This document shows, piece after piece, positions 58,586-64,000 of a stretch of DNA of 64,000 nt. A program made the translations under genes and the position numbers. Source of the stretch: Obrimoposthia wandeli (taxonomy: Eukaryota); contig CDROCS010000253.1 in the NCBI GenBank assembly GCA_977020255.1, positions 2,914,001 to 2,978,000 of the forward strand, in the 5' to 3' direction. How positions within the stretch are numbered: position 1 is the stretch's first letter; the number at the start of each line of letters is the position of its first letter. The notes beneath the pieces are model-generated. The model saw nothing but the letters and a program-made list of their open reading frames with translations, ran no database searches and was not told the DNA's origin.

Positions 58586-59434
58586 TTATATTTCCTGATA
58601 ACCAAGCAGAGGCAGGGTATTGAAAAAACGTAATTGATAGTCAGTTTTTTGATTATCACTTTTTGTTCTTATCGATAAAGCGATACGGTGTTCTTGTTTT
58701 TCATCAATGGCAGCCGTTGGGTAAACTAACCAGCTACGCCAAATTTGTGGTTCATCGACTCTGTGCTCAGCAAAGCTTAGGCTAATATCCTGCTTGATAG
58801 TAAATAGGTCATTATGATTATGCTCTGTATCGTTGATTTTAAAACTAAAATCAGTGAGCGGTATCGCTAATCCTAAACCCCAAGCTTTGATATAAGATTC
58901 TTTTAAGGTCCAATAATCAAAAAATCGATTACGTTGTTGCGCTTCTGGCAGTGCGAAAAGTTCATTACTTTCTTTAGGTGAAAAATAACGTTCAGCAATT
59001 GCTAATACATTATTATTGCGGCCGGTGTTTTCAACATCACAACCGATATCATCTTCAAGTGTCACTGCACAAATAATGAGGCTCTTTGTATGGCTGATGT
59101 TAAAGCGCAGCGGTAGTGGGCAATTAATCACTTCAGGTTTATCTTTATTACCTTTTTCAAACTGCCAATCTTGCGGGGCTACCTCAGCATAATAAGATAA
59201 TAAATCACGTACGAAAGCGCGAGTAATCAAGGCATCGTGTCTGTCTTTAGCGAATTTATATCGTTGCTGCTTGGCTAACTCTGTACTCGTGAGTAATGTT
59301 GAATAAGTTGATAATAGCTCATCATTACCGAGTAACTCCTCCGGTTTGGTCACCCATATATGAATTTCATTGGTAGAAAGGTCGAGCTTTTCTTTTGATC
59401 GTGCGGAAAGTTCAGATTGAGAAAAAGAGGTCAT
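58586..59434 (-). CDS. pfaE: 4'-phosphopantetheinyl transferase (Sfp-type) of the PUFA synthase
   Basis: FNISHT, IGCDVE, FFDYWTLKESYIKAWGLGL; next to pfaR/pfaA. Confidence 0.93.
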   Translation of the reverse strand: MTSFSQSELSARSKEKLDLSTNEIHIWVTKPEELLGNDELLSTYSTLLTSTELAKQQRYKFAKDRHDALITRAFVRDLLSYYAEVAPQDWQFEKGNKDKPEVINCPLPLRFNISHTKSLIICAVTLEDDIGCDVENTGRNNNVLAIAERYFSPKESNELFALPEAQQRNRFFDYWTLKESYIKAWGLGLAIPLTDFSFKINDTEHNHNDLFTIKQDISLSFAEHRVDEPQIWRSWLVYPTAAIDEKQEHRIALSIRTKSDNQKTDYQLRFFNTLPLLGYQEI

Positions 59435-59774
59435 AAAAGTATCGGTAGCTTGTGTTGTTGATTTATTGCGTGGTTCATCTGGTGAGGCAATATTTTATCA
59501 TAAACAGTGCAGGGGGTAATTCGTTTTTATGATTTTTTTAAGTTGTTTGATTTAGCGCAAACCCGCTGTTTGTCATTAGTGATAGCAATTAATACTAATT
59601 CTTTCGTAATAGAACCTATTTATAGATAACTGGTGGAACAGTTAAACTCATACCTTAGTCTATAAATTGGTAAAGCTTGTATCGGGTGATTGTATTGGAT
59701 TTGAAACGTGTGTATATTAGCCGCGTTAAGTAATTTACGAATAATTATTGATGACAAATATTAGACGGATGAAA

Positions 59775-60623
59775 ATGAGCAAGCAACCAAAAACGGCATC
59801 TACTCAACACGCTAACGCAACGACTACACCAGAGATGAGAGCATTCATCCATGAATCTGATCTACCCACGGCTGTGCTTGCACGGTTATTAAAGGTGTCA
59901 GAATCTACCATCCGTAAATGGCGTAAACGAGCCTCTCTCGCTGATGCGTCTCATGTTCCAAAGCAACTCAATACCACCTTAAGTGAAGCACAAGAGTATG
60001 TTGTGGTTGAGCTTCGAACACGCTTATTACTTTCTCTTGATGAATTGTTGGTTGTCTGTAAATCATTTATTAATGCCAGTGTATCGCGAGCAGGCTTACA
60101 GCGATGTTTAAAGCGTCACGGTGTTTCTCGCCTTGCAGACATGGAAAATAATGGTGAGAGCAGCAATGCAGACGATACAAGCGCTGCAGAACCAACAACA
60201 GTGCAAGTATTGTTAGAAGATACCCAAGAACACCAGCAACTTATTTCAGATCTCTCTCCTAAAGCAATGCGTGAAGTGTTAAATCGCGCTAACGATTTAA
60301 GTGAAGATGAAGTCGTACAAGTCAAAGTGACTCAAATACCTTATTTTTCAGAAAATGCTAAAGAACAACACAGTAAACGCCACTTATTAATCGCCAATGA
60401 CCCTACGTCAGGTTGGGTATATGTCGATATTTACGATGGTAATGAAAGTGAAGCCGCTAGCCGTTATATGAGCTACGTACTCACCAAAGCCCCTTTTCAT
60501 ATCCGCCGAATTTTAGCGGGAAATTATAATGAATTTTTAAGTCGTTTTCGTTTATTAAATGAAAGTCCAGATGAGGCAACAACATTGTTCTCATCAAAAA
60601 ACTTTCACGGCACTGATACTTAA
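59775..60623 (+). CDS. pfaR: PfaR-type transcriptional regulator; IS481-transposase-derived HTH plus a dead RNase H-like fragment
   Basis: HANATTTPEMR...RKWRKR...GLQRCLKRHGVSRL; position between pfaE and pfaA as in Shewanella/Colwellia pfa loci. Confidence 0.8.
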   Translation: MSKQPKTASTQHANATTTPEMRAFIHESDLPTAVLARLLKVSESTIRKWRKRASLADASHVPKQLNTTLSEAQEYVVVELRTRLLLSLDELLVVCKSFINASVSRAGLQRCLKRHGVSRLADMENNGESSNADDTSAAEPTTVQVLLEDTQEHQQLISDLSPKAMREVLNRANDLSEDEVVQVKVTQIPYFSENAKEQHSKRHLLIANDPTSGWVYVDIYDGNESEAASRYMSYVLTKAPFHIRRILAGNYNEFLSRFRLLNESPDEATTLFSSKNFHGTDT

Positions 60624-60686
60624 ACCGATCAGATACCAAAACGGATAACGAAAATGCAAGCAAATAACAACTTTAGAGAAACCACA

Positions 60687-63600
60687 ATGGCTAAAAAGCA
60701 AAGTACATCTAATAACCCTGTAACGAATGAAGCAGACGAAAAAGCGTTTAATTCTCGTCTTCAAGAATGTCCTATTGCCATTGTTGGCATGGCGTCTATC
60801 TTTGCTGATGCAAAGAATTTAGAAAACTACTGGGACAACATTTTCGAATCAGTCGATGCAATTAAAGATGTACCCAGTGATCGTTGGGCAAAAGATGATT
60901 ATTACTCGAGCGATCCAAAAGAGGCTGATAAAACCTATTGTAAACGTGGTGGTTTCTTACCAGAAATAGACTTCGACCCAATGGAATTTGGTTTGCCACC
61001 AAACATTTTAGAGTTAACTGATATCGCTCAGCTATTGTCTTTAGTGGTTGCACGTGAAGTATTAAACGATGCAGGTATTGGTGATGGCTCTGGTTACGAT
61101 CGTGACAAAGTAGGTATTACGTTAGGTGTAGGTGGTGGACAGAAACAAATTTCGCCATTAACGTCTCGCTTGCAAGGCCCAGTATTAGAGAAAGTATTAA
61201 AAGCGTCAGGTGTTGAAGAAGCTGATCGCGCCATGATCATTGAAAAGTTCAAAAAGGCCTATATCGGTTGGGAAGAAAACTCATTCCCAGGCATGTTAGG
61301 CAATGTTATTTCTGGTCGTATTGCTAACCGTTTTGATTTTGGTGGTACTAACTGTGTTGTTGATGCTGCTTGTGCAGGCTCGCTTGCTGCAATCAAACTG
61401 GCGATTTCTGATTTACTTGAGCACAGATCTGAAGTAATGATCTCTGGTGGCGTTTGTTGTGACAATTCACCATTTATGTATATGTCATTTTCAAAAACTC
61501 CTGCTTTTACAACAGGTGAAGACATTCGCCCATTTGATAATGATTCAAAAGGTATGATGATAGGTGAAGGCATCGGGATGATGGCTTTCAAGCGTTTGGA
61601 AGATGCAGAACGTGATGGTGATAAAGTTTACGCCGTGCTTAAAGGTATTGGTACTTCAAGCGATGGTCGCTTTAAGTCAATTTATGCGCCACGCCCAGAT
61701 GGTCAAGCTAAAGCGCTAAAGCGTGCTTATGAAGATGCAGGCTTTGATCCAAAAAGCTGTGGCATGATTGAAGCGCATGGTACTGGTACTAAAGCAGGTG
61801 ACGCAGCAGAATTTGGCGGCTTAGTTAAACACTTCTCTCAAGATAACGAACAAAAGCAACATATCGCTTTAGGCTCTGTTAAGTCTCAAATTGGTCACGC
61901 TAAAGCAGCCGCTGGCGCAGCAGGTATGATAAAAGCGGTATTAGCGCTTCATCATAAAGTGCTACCAGCAACACTACATATCGACCAGCCTAATACCTCG
62001 TTAGACATTGAAAACAGTCCAATGTATTTAAATAGCGAAACACGTCCTTGGATGGCACGTGAAGATGGTTTACCACGTCGCGCAGGTGTCAGTTCGTTTG
62101 GTTTTGGTGGTACTAACTACCACATGGTATTAGAAGAATACTCGCCAAAAGCACAAGGCCAGTATCGCTTAAATGCAGTGCCACAAACACTTATAGTTAC
62201 AGCGGCTAACGAACAAGCATTAGTGAGTTCATTAACGGATTGGAAAACTAAATTAAGTGTGAAAGCAGATGATCAACCCTATGCTTTTAACGCCTTAGTT
62301 GTTGAAAACACGTTAACGACACCTGCAGTTGATTTAGCTCGCTGTGGTTTTGTTGCAAAAAATGCTGATGAAGCAATCAAAATGATTGAAGGTGCTTTGA
62401 AGCAATTTCAAGCCAAATCAAGCAGTGCCGTTCCTTGTGAAGAATGGTCAGTGCCAACGGGTATTTATTACCGTAAGTCTGGCTTGTCAGTTAGCGGAAA
62501 AGTGGTTGCGTTATTCTCTGGTCAAGGCTCACAATACGTAAATATGGGCCGCGAGCTTGCTTGTAACTTCCCAAGCGTAATGCAAGCTGCTGCAGATATG
62601 GATAGTGAGTTTACACAAGCAGGTTTAGGTCAATTAACCCCGACAACGTATCCAATTCCTGTATTTAGTGATGATGCACGTAAAGCGCAAGATGAAGTTT
62701 TACGTTTAACCCAACACGCACAACCTGCAATTGGCACTTTAAGTGTTGGTCTATATAAAGCGTTTACTAATGCCGGTTTTAAGGCAGACTTTACTGCGGG
62801 GCATAGCTTTGGTGAATTAACCGCTCTTTGGGCTGCTGGTGTAGTAAGTGATAGTGACTATATGATGTTAGCACGTAGTCGTGGTCAAGCAATGGCAGCA
62901 CCTACAGGTGAGGCTGCAGAAGGGTTCGATGCGGGCACTATGATTGCCGTTGTCGGTAGTCCAACTGATATTGCTAATGATATTAAAGACATCAAAGATA
63001 TCTCTATTGCAAACTACAACTCTAATAACCAAGTAGTTGTTGCTGGTGTAAGCACTCAAATAGCAATCGCTATCGATGAGCTAAAAGGCAAAGGCTATAA
63101 AGTCGTACCATTACCAGTGTCTGCCGCGTTCCATACGCCACTTGTGGGCCATGCTCAAAAACCATTTAGCGATGCTATCGATAACGCTAAATTTAATAAG
63201 CCTCTTGTACCTGTTTATTCAAATGGCACGGCAAAAGCGCATTCAAATAAAGCTGCGGATATTAAAAAATCACTGAAAAACCATATTTTGGAGTCAGTGC
63301 ACTTTAACGAAGAAATTGACAATATTTACGCTGATGGCGGACGAGTATTTGTTGAATTCGGTCCTAAAAATGTATTAACCAAGCTTGTTGAAAATATCTT
63401 AAAAGATAAAGAAGACGTTGTTGCTATTGCCGTAAATGCTAATCCCAAGAAATCGGCTGATATGCAAATGCGTCAAGCGGCAGTGCAAATGGCGGTACTT
63501 GGTTTAGAACTTACAGAGATTGACCCGTATTCAGCAGTTAAACGTCCATTATCTGCACCTAAAATGTCACCACTAGCAATGAAGCTAACTGGCGCATCTT

Positions 63601-64000
63601 ATGTTAGCCCTAAAACTAAAAAAGCATTTGATGATGCACTAAATGACGGATGGACAATTAAACAAGCAACGTCAGTACCTGTTGCTGTGCCTGAGCCACA
63701 TGTGGTTGAAAAAATTGTTGAGAGAATCGTTGAAGTAGAACGCATTGTTGAAGTTGAGAAAATTGTTTACCTCAACTCTGACGGAACCGCTGCAGATGGT
63801 AGTCAAGTTACTGCACCAATAACAAGTAATGCGAACGATGTAGCAAATAGTATTGAACGTAGCGTTAGTCAGTTTGTTGATCACCAACAGCAGTTATTAA
63901 ACGTACATGAGCAATATATGCAAGGTCCAAAAGACTACGCAAAAACCTTTGATGCAGTACTTAGTACTCAAGAAGCAGGTGAGTTACCTGAAAGCCTAGA
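60687..64000 (+). CDS. pfaA: Omega-3 PUFA synthase subunit PfaA (KS and MAT domains seen; truncated by the window edge)
   Basis: Manual translation: PIAIVGMASIF, DAACAGS (KS Cys), EAHGTGT, GHSFG (AT Ser), AFHT. Absent from the ORF track, presumably because no stop falls in the window. Confidence 0.96.
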   Translation, partial: MAKKQSTSNNPVTNEADEKAFNSRLQECPIAIVGMASIFADAKNLENYWDNIFESVDAIKDVPSDRWAKDDYYSSDPKEADKTYCKRGGFLPEIDFDPMEFGLPPNILELTDIAQLLSLVVAREVLNDAGIGDGSGYDRDKVGITLGVGGGQKQISPLTSRLQGPVLEKVLKASGVEEADRAMIIEKFKKAYIGWEENSFPGMLGNVISGRIANRFDFGGTNCVVDAACAGSLAAIKLAISDLLEHRSEVMISGGVCCDNSPFMYMSFSKTPAFTTGEDIRPFDNDSKGMMIGEGIGMMAFKRLEDAERDGDKVYAVLKGIGTSSDGRFKSIYAPRPDGQAKALKRAYEDAGFDPKSCGMIEAHGTGTKAGDAAEFGGLVKHFSQDNEQKQHIALGSVKSQIGHAKAAAGAAGMIKAVLALHHKVLPATLHIDQPNTSLDIENSPMYLNSETRPWMAREDGLPRRAGVSSFGFGGTNYHMVLEEYSPKAQGQYRLNAVPQTLIVTAANEQALVSSLTDWKTKLSVKADDQPYAFNALVVENTLTTPAVDLARCGFVAKNADEAIKMIEGALKQFQAKSSSAVPCEEWSVPTGIYYRKSGLSVSGKVVALFSGQGSQYVNMGRELACNFPSVMQAAADMDSEFTQAGLGQLTPTTYPIPVFSDDARKAQDEVLRLTQHAQPAIGTLSVGLYKAFTNAGFKADFTAGHSFGELTALWAAGVVSDSDYMMLARSRGQAMAAPTGEAAEGFDAGTMIAVVGSPTDIANDIKDIKDISIANYNSNNQVVVAGVSTQIAIAIDELKGKGYKVVPLPVSAAFHTPLVGHAQKPFSDAIDNAKFNKPLVPVYSNGTAKAHSNKAADIKKSLKNHILESVHFNEEIDNIYADGGRVFVEFGPKNVLTKLVENILKDKEDVVAIAVNANPKKSADMQMRQAAVQMAVLGLELTEIDPYSAVKRPLSAPKMSPLAMKLTGASYVSPKTKKAFDDALNDGWTIKQATSVPVAVPEPHVVEKIVERIVEVERIVEVEKIVYLNSDGTAADGSQVTAPITSNANDVANSIERSVSQFVDHQQQLLNVHEQYMQGPKDYAKTFDAVLSTQEAGELPESL
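63705..63770 (+). repeat. VE(K/R)I peptide repeat in the PfaA post-MAT linker
   Basis: Encodes VEKIVERIVEVERIVEVEKIVY. Confidence 0.8.

Noticed and set aside
59748-60623. Active IS481 insertion sequence
   Set aside because: DDE residues are lost, the C-terminus is truncated, no terminal IRs or target duplication were found, and the position matches the conserved pfaR slot.
1179-63887. Other short ORFs overlapping core genes (e.g. 1179-1502, 5095-5382, 23455-23757, 38684-38998, 61259-61591)
   Set aside because: They are antisense or out-of-frame shadows of well-supported genes, with no motifs or RBS support.
1-64000. CRISPR array, tRNA or rRNA genes
   Set aside because: No regularly spaced direct repeats and no tRNA/rRNA signatures. 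The repeats found are dispersed inverted-repeat elements and attC sites.

Overview
AT-rich gammaproteobacterial chromosome segment. Gene content and order point to Alteromonadales, probably Colwellia or a close relative (inference; no database search was run). It is mostly core genome: purMN, hda, bepA, bcp-gcvR, bamC, dapE, pta-ackA, xthA, an RstAB-like two-component pair, a moxR-bat operon with an ECF sigma/DUF3379 pair, fadIJ, sixA, smrB, prmB and aroC. It ends in the omega-3 PUFA synthase locus pfaE-pfaR-pfaA, with pfaA running off the right edge. Main observations: (1) PfaR aligns by eye with IS481-family transposases but has lost the DDE residues, so it looks like a domesticated transposase. 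(2) At least six intergenic MITE/ERIC-like elements with different terminal repeats share one fixed-geometry 50-nt hairpin module with a conserved GAAYRAC loop and variable but pairing stems. (3) Three DnaA boxes upstream of pta have DARS-like geometry. (4) A decaying integron cassette array with no integrase in the window (CALIN-like) sits just before pfaE. (5) There is an orphan EctA-like acetyltransferase. (6) dapA is missing from its usual place between gcvR and bamC. No CRISPR array, rRNA or tRNA was seen. Protein family calls rest on recalled motifs and synteny.
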